This document shows, piece after piece, positions 10,168 to 19,144 of a DNA stretch of 64,000 bases (its first letter is position 1; every line of letters begins with the position of its first letter). The notes under the pieces were generated by a model. The model was not told the DNA's origin and searched no databases. It worked only from the letters and a program-made list of their open reading frames with translations. The position numbers and the translations under genes were made by a program. This DNA comes from an uncultured Pseudobdellovibrionaceae bacterium (GTDB taxonomy: Bacteria > Bdellovibrionota > Bdellovibrionia > Bdellovibrionales > UBA1609). Location: positions 480,001 through 544,000 of the forward strand of contig CAWDNU010000001.1 of assembly GCA_963803705.1 (NCBI GenBank). The letters are read 5' to 3'.

Positions 10168-10171
10168 TCTG

Positions 10172-10636
10172 ATGAGGTCAGCTGTAATCCTTAGTTTTTT
10201 GGTAATCTGTTCTACATCGCTTGCAGGAATCGTAGTCAGACCATCTTTTGGAATAAGCGCTGGGGAATATCAAGAACAAACTTTTAGTGAGATTAAAATT
10301 GGTGGTGCGATTCATTTTATTCAAGCGCCTTTTGCAATTCAACTTCACGGCTTTAGAAGATTTGCCAGGCAAGCTGATGATTTTTACGGTTTAGAATTAG
10401 ACTTGAAAATTAAAAGGCAGTTTAAGGTTTCGAACGATTATTTATTTGGAACTTATTTTGGTCCCGGATATAGGTACGTTAGCCGAGATCTTGATGCCCC
10501 AACTTTGGATTTCTCCTTTGTATTATCTAAAGCTAAAATATATAGTATATTCTTGGGCTACAAAGTGATTATGTTAGACTGGATGAGCAATGATTTCCAA
10601 AATGACAGTCTAGTATATTTGGGCGTCCAGCTTTAA
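10172..10636 (+). CDS. Secreted hypothetical protein, probable small outer-membrane beta-barrel
   Basis: Signal peptide, alternating hydrophobic strands, ends YLGVQL. Confidence 0.6.
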   Translation: MRSAVILSFLVICSTSLAGIVVRPSFGISAGEYQEQTFSEIKIGGAIHFIQAPFAIQLHGFRRFARQADDFYGLELDLKIKRQFKVSNDYLFGTYFGPGYRYVSRDLDAPTLDFSFVLSKAKIYSIFLGYKVIMLDWMSNDFQNDSLVYLGVQL

Positions 10637-10649
10637 GCAGGAGAATTAA

Positions 10650-11201
10650 ATGATCCATATTATAGTAGGCACTGATAGACCTGGTTCAAACTCTTTAAAG
10701 GTGGCCCAGATAGCTAAGAAAAGATTTTCAGATTTGAATATCAAAACTGATATTGTTGAGTTAGAAAAACTACCCTTGAATGAGCTATCTGGTTCAATGT
10801 ATGGCTCTAAAGACAAATACCCGAAGGCTGTTGCCAATGTAATCGATTCTTTAAACGAGAGCGACGGTTTTTACATCATTTGTCCCGAATATAATGGGTC
10901 GATGCCTGGCGTTCTAAAGCATTTCATTGATTTTTGGGAGTATCCAAAAACATTCGAGAATAGACCAGTTGCTTTTGTAGGCTTAGGTGGCCGTTTTGGC
11001 GGACTAAGGCCTGTGGAACATTTACAGCAAGTATTTGGTTACAGAAATGCTTATATTTTTCCCGAAAGAATTTTTATTAGCAATGTTTGGGAAGGTCTAA
11101 ATCCTGAGGGTTTGTTAGATGAAGTGGTAGACAAATTGTGGCTTACACAGATCAAAAGATTTTCTAAATTTGTCGGTGTGGGCAAACTGGTTGATTTTTA
11201 A
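10650..11201 (+). CDS. NADPH-dependent FMN reductase
   Basis: GTDRPGSNS, PEYNGSMPGVLKHFID, GGLR. Confidence 0.92.
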   Translation: MIHIIVGTDRPGSNSLKVAQIAKKRFSDLNIKTDIVELEKLPLNELSGSMYGSKDKYPKAVANVIDSLNESDGFYIICPEYNGSMPGVLKHFIDFWEYPKTFENRPVAFVGLGGRFGGLRPVEHLQQVFGYRNAYIFPERIFISNVWEGLNPEGLLDEVVDKLWLTQIKRFSKFVGVGKLVDF

Positions 11202-11218
11202 TTAGTAGGAGAAAAAAA

Positions 11219-12019
11219 ATGGATACTAAAAATTTTTTTGATCAAATCTGGAAACAGTATATCAGTTTAAACCCTGACGCTTTAAAAATTCATCAATTGT
11301 TAGAGGCTAAGGGTGAAGATGTCATAAACGATCATGTTGCTTACAGAACTTTAAAACATGACAAACTAGGTATTGGGTCCTTGTCAAAATTTTTTGAAGA
11401 CCGCGGCTACGAACAGAAATCAGACTATCATTTTGAATTAAAGAAACTTTACGCCATCCACATGGAGCACAAAACAGACCCCACCTTACCTAAAGTTTTT
11501 ATTAGTGAACTGTTGTTGGAAAAATTTTCAGATGAATTGCAAGCTATCCTCACAAACGCGGTAGATCAAATACCATCCAATCTTATTCAAAATGAGTCTT
11601 TGTGCATAGCAGGGCGTCCTTGGACCGCTAATTTTAAGACTTACGAGAAGCTTTACGACGAAAGTGAATATGCTGCTTGGTTTTACGCTTATGGGTTCTG
11701 TGCTAATCATTTTACTGTAAATGTTAATAGTTTAAAATCCTTTCAGAACATCAATCAGCTTAACGAGTTTCTGATAAAAAGTGGATTTTCTATGAACAGC
11801 AGCGGAGGGCTTATTAAGGGTTCTCAACAGGATTACCTGGAGCAAAGTTCAACAATGGCATTTGAAAAAGAAGTCTTATTTTCGGATGGGGCACACACAG
11901 TGCCATCATGCTATTACGAATTTGCCAAAAGATATAAGATGGATAATGGTCAGATTTATCAAGGTTTTGTGGCTAAATCTGCCGATAAGATTTTTGAGAG
12001 TACTAACAAGAGAAACTAA
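11219..12019 (+). CDS. DUF1338 family protein (HglS-like Fe-dependent oxygenase family)
   Basis: NDHVAYRT, PKVFISEL, ESEYAAW, NHFT, LEQSST, YYEFAKR, ADKIFEST. Confidence 0.85.
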   Translation: MDTKNFFDQIWKQYISLNPDALKIHQLLEAKGEDVINDHVAYRTLKHDKLGIGSLSKFFEDRGYEQKSDYHFELKKLYAIHMEHKTDPTLPKVFISELLLEKFSDELQAILTNAVDQIPSNLIQNESLCIAGRPWTANFKTYEKLYDESEYAAWFYAYGFCANHFTVNVNSLKSFQNINQLNEFLIKSGFSMNSSGGLIKGSQQDYLEQSSTMAFEKEVLFSDGAHTVPSCYYEFAKRYKMDNGQIYQGFVAKSADKIFESTNKRN

Positions 12020-12106
12020 ACCTGTTGTGCGATTAAATTTTAATTTCACGAAGACCGAATATAACAAAATTAGATTAAAAAAATAGATAGAAAAAGGAAT
12101 CTTTTA

Positions 12107-12802
12107 ATGAAAAAAATTGCTGTTATTATCACCTTAATAAATCTAATGTTATTTTCTCAAAAGGCTATGGCCCTTGCAGAATTTGGCACCCTTCATTCTT
12201 CTGATCCTGGAACTGTTGTAATCACTGTGGATGACGGTAACCCGATAAAACGTTACTGCATCATAGAATTAACTGTAAATGACAAAAAGATAAAGTGGAT
12301 AAGTCATCCCCTAAGTGAAGCCTTCGTAAAGCGAACTCCTAAATTTATATATAACTTCAATGATAAAAAACTGTTAATCGGATCTACTGGTAAAGATAAA
12401 AAAGACAACACCAATGCTCAGTTGCATATTTACACAAAAGAAGAACAAACCTTAGATATGATAGCCGGTACACCGTGTACGGATAGAGCTGAAATTACTG
12501 TTGAAAACAAATTTGCTAAGTTTTCCTGTGCGGATAAATTAAAAACAGTTAAATTTAAAACTTCAATTAGCGACAAAGTAGGAGTGCCATTTCCACCTGA
12601 GGCTATAAAGTTTGTTGATCGGGTTTTTGAGTCAAAAAATGATGATTGGCGTTTTGAAATAGCTGAAACAGATGATTACTTTAAAGATCGATTGCTTATA
12701 GTAGAAAAAAATCAAGTTTTAAAAGAGTACAAAGCAAAGGATTTTATGCGCTGTTTTGAGTATGAAACTTTAAAAGGGTCTCAAAATAAGTTTTCAGAAT
12801 AA
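12107..12802 (+). CDS. Secreted hypothetical protein
   Basis: Signal peptide ending AMA/ALA; RBS AAGGAA. Confidence 0.7.
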   Translation: MKKIAVIITLINLMLFSQKAMALAEFGTLHSSDPGTVVITVDDGNPIKRYCIIELTVNDKKIKWISHPLSEAFVKRTPKFIYNFNDKKLLIGSTGKDKKDNTNAQLHIYTKEEQTLDMIAGTPCTDRAEITVENKFAKFSCADKLKTVKFKTSISDKVGVPFPPEAIKFVDRVFESKNDDWRFEIAETDDYFKDRLLIVEKNQVLKEYKAKDFMRCFEYETLKGSQNKFSE

Positions 12803-12874
12803 CTAGTTTTGACAGTATCAAAACAGGTCCGAAAATCGGATTTGAGATTTAAATTTTTAGGCGAAATTAGAAAC

Positions 12875-13366
12875 TTACTTCCAAATAGAAAGCTTGTGCG
12901 GCCACAGTCTTGGGACTGTGCTCATATATTCTATATACTTTTGACCGAACTGTTTTTTTAAAAAGTGTTCTTCAAATTTAATTTTTACTATAAGAATCAT
13001 AAGCAATGTTAGGCCTAATGAAAAAGCTAAAATTGAATCGAAAAATAATGCCCAGCCCGAGGTTAGAACAAACCCAGACAAATACATTGGATTTCTGACC
13101 ATTGAAAAAGGCCAGTTGGTTACTAATCTTGAAGATTTCCGTTGTTCAGCCCTAATTTCAAAATTTGATTTCATAGTAAAAATCGATGATAAAAATAAAT
13201 GCGCGCCAAAACCACAGATAGCGGCACCTAAAAGCTGAGAATAAGTCAAAGACCAAAAATTAATTTTTAAATATGATCCGTTATATATTGGAAGATAAAA
13301 GATAAGTCCAATTAGAAGCAACTGAACACATAAAATTGTATGAGCTAATGTTCTTTTAATCTTCAA
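12875..13366 (-). CDS. Isoprenylcysteine carboxyl methyltransferase / PEMT family membrane protein
   Basis: LVTNWPFSMVRNPMY, EEHFL...FG..Y..Y...VPR. Confidence 0.85.
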   Translation of the reverse strand: MKIKRTLAHTILCVQLLLIGLIFYLPIYNGSYLKINFWSLTYSQLLGAAICGFGAHLFLSSIFTMKSNFEIRAEQRKSSRLVTNWPFSMVRNPMYLSGFVLTSGWALFFDSILAFSLGLTLLMILIVKIKFEEHFLKKQFGQKYIEYMSTVPRLWPHKLSIWK

Positions 13367-14051
13367 TAGAATACTCGAACGGGTAATCCATTCTTGGAAT
13401 CATTGCCTGTTTAACTTCCGAAAACCATTGCTTTTTCTGAGGATCCCAGCGGAAACCAATTCTGCGGGCTTTGTCTCTGTCATCATAGCCTACATGAGCA
13501 AGAACTCTTACCAAGGGTGATTTTTGTAAAGAGACTATTTCATCTATATCGTAGCTTGCCAGCAGCTTTAATGTCGTTAAAACATCAAAAAGTGCTCTGT
13601 GTGAAAAGGGATTAATAAATCCGTGTTCAGCAGCTAGGTAAGATAGCTTTCTTGTTTTAATATCCTGAGCATATGGAACATCTGTCATAGTATCAATCCA
13701 TGGTTTTTTAATTTTAGACATTTGATAACTTGCGTAGGCTTGGCTTAAAAACTCAGAGTCAAAATTAACAGCATTGTGTCCAACTAAATATTCGGCTTGC
13801 ACTACAAGCTCGTTTAAAATTTTAAGAGCGTCACTTAATGGTATTCCATAGGTCTTTAGATCGTTTGCGGTGATTCCAGTGATACTTTGGACTTCACTGG
13901 GCAATTCAATATTATCGAAATATATTAGCTCGTTAAAAACTTTTTTAGGGCTACCAGTTTTAGTTTCCCAAAGCACTGCGCCTATCTCTATGATTTGGTC
14001 TTTTTCATAATCAAGACCTGAAGTCTCTAAGTCTAAGCCTAAGATAAGCAT
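13356..14051 (-). CDS. DEDDh 3'-5' exonuclease (DnaQ-like) with small C-terminal domain
   Basis: DLETSG, HNAVNFD, HRALFD; C-terminal ARRIGFRWDPQKKQW. Confidence 0.9.
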   Translation of the reverse strand: MLILGLDLETSGLDYEKDQIIEIGAVLWETKTGSPKKVFNELIYFDNIELPSEVQSITGITANDLKTYGIPLSDALKILNELVVQAEYLVGHNAVNFDSEFLSQAYASYQMSKIKKPWIDTMTDVPYAQDIKTRKLSYLAAEHGFINPFSHRALFDVLTTLKLLASYDIDEIVSLQKSPLVRVLAHVGYDDRDKARRIGFRWDPQKKQWFSEVKQAMIPRMDYPFEYSIED

Positions 14052-14204
14052 GTATATTCCTTTTTTTAATATTTTTCATTTATTTTAAAGACCCTAAAGC
14101 TATGTCCAAGGCTTGTCCAGAAGAACGCAGTTTACCGCGTTTCGCTGTCTATTTCACTCGAAGCTAGCGTTACTCGCTGGAACTTTTCTTCGCTTAAAAG
14201 TGGC

Positions 14205-14223
14205 GGGGGTCTAAAAGACCCCC
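14205..14223 (-). terminator. GC-rich hairpin just 3' of rnpB
   Basis: GGGGGTCT-AAA-AGACCCCC perfect stem; no adjacent U tract. Confidence 0.45.
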
Positions 14224-14234
14224 ATGAACGAACC

Positions 14235-14602
14235 TGTAAGTTTGTCATTAAGCCGGATTCTGTAGTTTTAAAAATCGTCACAATTTTTAAAACCAATCAT
14301 CATTCCTCTAGGATCTAAGTTGCCTTAAATCTCAAGCAATCTACCCGGAAACTTGGTGCGAGCCACACTCGTAGCGTTTCCCTATTTGATCTTGCTTCGC
14401 GCAGAGTTTAGCTGTTTTCACTCCAACGGCTCCTCAAAGATCTCCCGTACCCGATCTAAGGCTCATAGCTTTGGACATTCTTTCTGTTCCACTGTTCCTC
14501 ACCTTACGGTGGAGGGGCATTACCCCATGCGCTACTCTATAAAGTCCGGACTTTCCTCGAAAAAGACAAAGTCATTCTCGCGATGATTTTTCGAAACTTA
14601 CA
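14235..14602 (-). ncRNA. rnpB: RNase P RNA, bacterial class A
   Basis: Minus strand has GAGGAAAGTCCGG near the 5' end and ACAGAATCCGGCTTA near the 3' end; terminal P1 pairing GTAAGTTT/AAACTTAC. Confidence 0.96.
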
Positions 14603-14659
14603 CCACAATTCATATTAAATTTAGGACTATATGACAAGTTTTCTTTGTAGAGTTTAAAT

Positions 14660-16930
14660 TCAAAACCAACCTTTATCCTCAACCACCAACTCGATGTCTT
14701 CTTCTGGCAATGGAATATAAAGAGTTGGGGCATCTTCAGTTAATCTAAAGCTAGAGTAGTCCTTAGTTTGAAGATTTTCTGGCCAATTGAAATCGTCTGA
14801 AACCTGTCCAAGATCTTCAATAGACTTCATATAATCTAGCCACACCGGTAAGGGTTGGCCAGCACCAGAAAGTTTGCTTCCAGTGCCCTGATCGTAACCA
14901 ACCCAGGATATTGCAACATGTTCACTGGAAAATCCTGCAAACCAAGCATCTTTGTGAAAACTTGTGGTACCTGTTTTACCAGCGTAACTGCCTTTGAGCT
15001 TCCAGCTTTGTGAAGATCTAGCTGTTCCATATTTTAAAGTATTTTTCAACATTCCTACAACTTGACCAGCCTGATCTTTGTGTTCGAATTCTAATGGTTG
15101 ATCAGGTATGAATTCATATAAAATGTCACCATCCATTTTTTCTATTTTTTTAACGTAATGAATCTTTGGTGCATCGCCAAACTGTGACAGTGCAGAATAC
15201 AATTGCAAAACTTCTAACGGGTAAAATTCGAAAGTTCCAAGTATTAAAGCAGGATAAGGCTTTAACCTATCTGTAACTCCAAATTTGTCTACAAGATCGA
15301 TAATCTTTTGAGGGTCCGTATGCTCTAACCCCACCCTGGCAGTCGGTATATTTAAAGACAGCATTAAAGCCTGAAATAAATAAACTTCACCCCCAAAGGC
15401 GGCTTTATTATAATTTGCGGGCTCCCAAGATTTAAGCTTGTCTTTGTAAATAAACTTTTCATTACTTATTAAAGATAGCGGAGTTAAGTCTTTATCCTCA
15501 ATAAGGGCTGACAGGTATACAAAAGGCTTCATTAAAGATCCGATAGGTCTAAAATTTAGAATTGCTCTATTGTAAGGACTTGCTTGAAAACTAGATCCAC
15601 CCACTAATGCCAAAACTTCGCCAGTTTTGGGGTTGGCAGAAACAATTAAATTTTCAAGTTTTTCAGGATTTTTAAAGCGTTCTTTAAAATCCTTCACTCT
15701 TTTTTTTGCTACCCGTTCAGCAGCCTTTTGATGATCAGCTGAAAGCGTGGTGTAGACTCGCAGACCTTCGCTTGGATCTATATCTTGCTGCTTAATAAAG
15801 GCGTTTACTGCGTTTACGAAGTAAGGTGCCAAAAAAGTGTCGCTTTTTTTAGAGAAAATCTCTAAGTTCTCGTTTGCAGAAGCTTTAAATTCGTCTTCTT
15901 TTATCCATTTAAGGTCACGCATACGTTCCAGCACTGCAACTATCCGAAGCCTATTATTCTTAGTCTTATGTGGCCCATAAATACCAGGTCCTTTAACTGA
16001 ACCTGCCAGTGATGCGCACTCGCGAATTGATAGTTTATCTATTTTTTTATTAAAATAAAATTGAGCGGCAGCAGGGAACCCTCTGACCTCAAAAGGTCCA
16101 TCCTGACCCATATAAATAATATTTAAATAGCTTTCTAAAATCTTATTTTTATCTACTGTTATTTCGATAAGTATTGCCATAACAGCTTCTCTGATTTTTC
16201 GGATCAATGTTTTTTTATTAGTTAAGAACTTATTTTTTATAAGCTGCTGGGTTATGGTACTTCCACCTTCAGAAAGCCGACCAGCTTTTATGTTTCTTAT
16301 AAATGCTCTTGCAATGGACCTAGGACTGATACCTTTGTGGTCTAGAAATTTGTCGTCTTCGATTGCCAAAATGGATTCCAAGCAAAAGTCTGGAATTTGC
16401 GAAATAGAAGTGAAGTTTTGGCGGACAGCTTTTTCATCAATAAATTGTGCAAATAGCTTTCCACCAATAGATACACTTTCAATAGACTGCATTTGATTGT
16501 CCTGAAAGATTAAGATTTCTAAAATCTGGTTTGGACTTAATACGATTAGCCCGCTTTGAATTTTACTTTTGAAGACTAGGCAGCTTGACCCTGATTTTGG
16601 AAGCTGGGTGTCAATTCTCTGTTCGCAAAGGTTAACAGGAAGCAAAGTGAATTCGTTTTCCACAATGGACTGGTCTAAGCCACGCTCTGTCCACCCGCTT
16701 TCATTGAATCTATTGACTAAATTTGATGCAGAAATTTTTTGAAGACGTCGAATCTCTTGGCTTCCTGTGTAAATTTGAACTGGTTTACTGAACCAGCCTT
16801 TCTCTAAACTTGATTTAATGTCTTTGTTAACTTTTAGAGCCCATACAAAAATCAGACCTGAAAGAAAGCAGCTGATAACACCTAAAGCTAAAGCCAGTTT
16901 TTTCAAAGAACCCCCAATTAAGTAATACAT
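14660..16930 (-). CDS. mrcB: Class A penicillin-binding protein, PBP1B-like
   Basis: N-terminal TM, UB2H-like insert, EDDKF, GGSTITQQ, SLMK, SLN, KTG. Confidence 0.9.
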   Translation of the reverse strand: MYYLIGGSLKKLALALGVISCFLSGLIFVWALKVNKDIKSSLEKGWFSKPVQIYTGSQEIRRLQKISASNLVNRFNESGWTERGLDQSIVENEFTLLPVNLCEQRIDTQLPKSGSSCLVFKSKIQSGLIVLSPNQILEILIFQDNQMQSIESVSIGGKLFAQFIDEKAVRQNFTSISQIPDFCLESILAIEDDKFLDHKGISPRSIARAFIRNIKAGRLSEGGSTITQQLIKNKFLTNKKTLIRKIREAVMAILIEITVDKNKILESYLNIIYMGQDGPFEVRGFPAAAQFYFNKKIDKLSIRECASLAGSVKGPGIYGPHKTKNNRLRIVAVLERMRDLKWIKEDEFKASANENLEIFSKKSDTFLAPYFVNAVNAFIKQQDIDPSEGLRVYTTLSADHQKAAERVAKKRVKDFKERFKNPEKLENLIVSANPKTGEVLALVGGSSFQASPYNRAILNFRPIGSLMKPFVYLSALIEDKDLTPLSLISNEKFIYKDKLKSWEPANYNKAAFGGEVYLFQALMLSLNIPTARVGLEHTDPQKIIDLVDKFGVTDRLKPYPALILGTFEFYPLEVLQLYSALSQFGDAPKIHYVKKIEKMDGDILYEFIPDQPLEFEHKDQAGQVVGMLKNTLKYGTARSSQSWKLKGSYAGKTGTTSFHKDAWFAGFSSEHVAISWVGYDQGTGSKLSGAGQPLPVWLDYMKSIEDLGQVSDDFNWPENLQTKDYSSFRLTEDAPTLYIPLPEEDIELVVEDKGWF

Positions 16931-16975
16931 TTCAACAACTTGACATAATTCTATTCGACTCGTTTAGTGAAACCC

Positions 16976-17251
16976 ATGAAACTTAGTCAAAACCAGATAC
17001 AAAGAATTGTACACCATCTTTTTGAGGAAATAAAAAGTTCCTCGACGACAAAGATAAAAGTCGAAGATAGCGTCCTTAAATCTTTGATCATGTCCGTTAT
17101 AAATCAAAATTTAGAAGATGAAGCCAAGCTGGATAAGCTCGTTGAAGGGATGATGGATCAACTAGAGCAGCAGAATAAAGACTTTCAAAGATATAAGATG
17201 TTTCCGCTTTTAAAGAAGAAACTTGCCGAGCAGAGAGGATTTATTTTATGA
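16976..17251 (+). CDS. DUF507 family protein
   Basis: MKLS...RI start and KKKLAEQRGFIL end typical of the family. Confidence 0.75.
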   Translation: MKLSQNQIQRIVHHLFEEIKSSSTTKIKVEDSVLKSLIMSVINQNLEDEAKLDKLVEGMMDQLEQQNKDFQRYKMFPLLKKKLAEQRGFIL

Positions 17252-17520
17252 TTTCAGAAAATAGAAGTTCTCATTTAAGTCATTTAATTTATGAAAAACT
17301 TTGGGGCGATGATGTGGTTGATTTTGGTGATGAAGCTGTGGCTTTGATGGATATCAAAAGAGGCTTCGCAAAATTTGCTAAAGAGCACAATGATATCGAT
17401 CAAAAAGCTAAATCACTAATTTCTTCACAAAGTCGTAGCATTCTTGAAGGCACTGCCGAGTGGGAAACACTTTACCGTAAATACTATGCTACTGAATTAA
17501 AAAGAATGGGTTTTGATTAA
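17248..17520 (+). CDS. DUF507 family protein (second of pair)
   Basis: SENRSSHLSH start, EGTAEWETLYRKYY; ATGA overlap with the previous gene. Confidence 0.75.
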   Translation: MISENRSSHLSHLIYEKLWGDDVVDFGDEAVALMDIKRGFAKFAKEHNDIDQKAKSLISSQSRSILEGTAEWETLYRKYYATELKRMGFD

Positions 17521-17543
17521 ACAAGGTCGACATTAGGATTGAT

Positions 17544-19013
17544 ATGAAGTTTTTTGTGAGTTTGTTTTTTTTCTCGATGTTATCTTCACTTTATTTAGTT
17601 AATGAATCGGTAGCAGATATCACATGGGAAGGTCGCTATCGCGCCAACTTAAATTACCTGACAAATGTGGATTTGGGTGACGGCGGTGATAAGGATTACA
17701 TTTTACATCATTTAATTTTAACTCCTAAAATAATTCTAGCCGACGGTTTTGAATTAGTTTCTACAGTCGATATTTTTAATGATGGTGGACATGCGGTACC
17801 TGGTTCCCAGGCTGGTCAGTCTTTCGGCGGACAATCTACAAATGCATCTTCAGTTTATGGTGCTGATGGATCAGTGGCTTTAACCGACAATCAGATTGCG
17901 AAAGTGCGAGATGCCAATGTGCGAGAGCTTTACCTCGTTTACAAACACTCTGGTGGGCGATTAAAACTGGGTCGAGTGCCACTTAATTTTGGACTTGGAA
18001 TAAATTTGAATGACGGTAATGGCCTTTTCGATCATTATTTCGATAACAGAGACATGATTTCTTATGAAGTTTACATGGGCAATATTAAGATTCAGCCTTA
18101 CCTTGCTCGCATCACAGATGGGTTTAACACCTCTACGGACGAAGCTGCTAATGAATTTGGTTTTATTGTTGATTGGGAACGGCCAGAATCCAACGTGCGC
18201 TTGGGTGTTATGGCTCTGAACCGACATGTGCCAGGTGATTTAAATAGTGGGGATCAAGATCTTGCAACTTCTGGTGCTGCTAATTACCAAAAATATGGTT
18301 TGTTCGTTGAGCGAGTAGCTAATAAAGATTCCAATATGAGGTATGCCTTAGAGTTAGGATTAAACTCTGGCAAATTGGGTTTAAATTCTAGCGGTGAAGA
18401 GATTAATTATGATGGATATGGCTTAGCCTTTGAAATGGACTATCTAACTCCTTGGAAAGGTTTAAAAGTTGGCTTGAAATCTGGCTATGCTAGTGGTGCT
18501 GATGCGTCTAGAGACGATAGCTTTTCGGGGTTTGCTTTCGACAGAAACTACAACGTTGGAATGATTTTATTCAATCACCCTTTAGGTAACAAAGACCTAG
18601 ACTTATTTTCAACCACCGCTTTTGGTCGTCAGGGTGCAAACGCCGGTGCTGGTTTTGAAACTAATCGAACTATAGACTCAGAAAGCATATCGAACACCCT
18701 TTATCTTTCTCCTTATGTTTCTTATGATTTTAGTCCTAAATGGAATTTTACGACTTCAGTGTTATGGGCGCAGTTAGAAAATTCATCTGTGAATTCACCA
18801 TTTTTTGCTTTGCCGACAACCAATCTTGATGTCAGTCGTGATCTTGGATTCGAGCTTGATGTTTCTATAACTTTCAAACCTTTCGAGCTTCTTACATGGG
18901 AGACTCAGATTGGAGCTTTCTTTCCAGGCTCAGCTTTTGAAGGTGGTTCTGAAAGCTTTGACACCAAAACTGTATTTGGTGGCGTTTCTCGACTATCATT
19001 AAGTTTTAATTAG
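17544..19013 (+). CDS. Outer-membrane beta-barrel / porin-like protein
   Basis: Signal peptide, GRVPLNFGLG, LGFELD strand, C-terminal LSLSFN. Confidence 0.75.
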   Translation: MKFFVSLFFFSMLSSLYLVNESVADITWEGRYRANLNYLTNVDLGDGGDKDYILHHLILTPKIILADGFELVSTVDIFNDGGHAVPGSQAGQSFGGQSTNASSVYGADGSVALTDNQIAKVRDANVRELYLVYKHSGGRLKLGRVPLNFGLGINLNDGNGLFDHYFDNRDMISYEVYMGNIKIQPYLARITDGFNTSTDEAANEFGFIVDWERPESNVRLGVMALNRHVPGDLNSGDQDLATSGAANYQKYGLFVERVANKDSNMRYALELGLNSGKLGLNSSGEEINYDGYGLAFEMDYLTPWKGLKVGLKSGYASGADASRDDSFSGFAFDRNYNVGMILFNHPLGNKDLDLFSTTAFGRQGANAGAGFETNRTIDSESISNTLYLSPYVSYDFSPKWNFTTSVLWAQLENSSVNSPFFALPTTNLDVSRDLGFELDVSITFKPFELLTWETQIGAFFPGSAFEGGSESFDTKTVFGGVSRLSLSFN

Positions 19014-19017
19014 AAAA

Positions 19018-19140
19018 GGGTGCGTAAGCCTGACTAGCCCACACCGCAAGGTGGAAAAGCGCCAGCGAAGCGCGCTAGACAGCAAGCCCACCGCAGGTGC
19101 GGATGTGAAACTCGACGGTTGCCCCACCGCAGGTGCGTAG
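19018..19140. repeat. GC-rich intergenic cluster of small hairpins CACC-GCA(A)-GGTG
   Basis: CCCACCGCAGGTGCG at 19087-19101 and 19123-19137; CACCGCAAGGTG at 19042-19053. Confidence 0.75.
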
Positions 19141-19144
19141 TCCT

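Noticed and set aside
14353..14586. 77 aa ORF
   Set aside because: Antisense to rnpB.
14235..14602. TGTAAGTTT at both rnpB ends as LexA boxes
   Set aside because: Explained by the P1 helix of RNase P RNA.
19042..19137. Mini CRISPR array
   Set aside because: Repeats only 12-15 bp, irregular spacing, no cas genes in the window.
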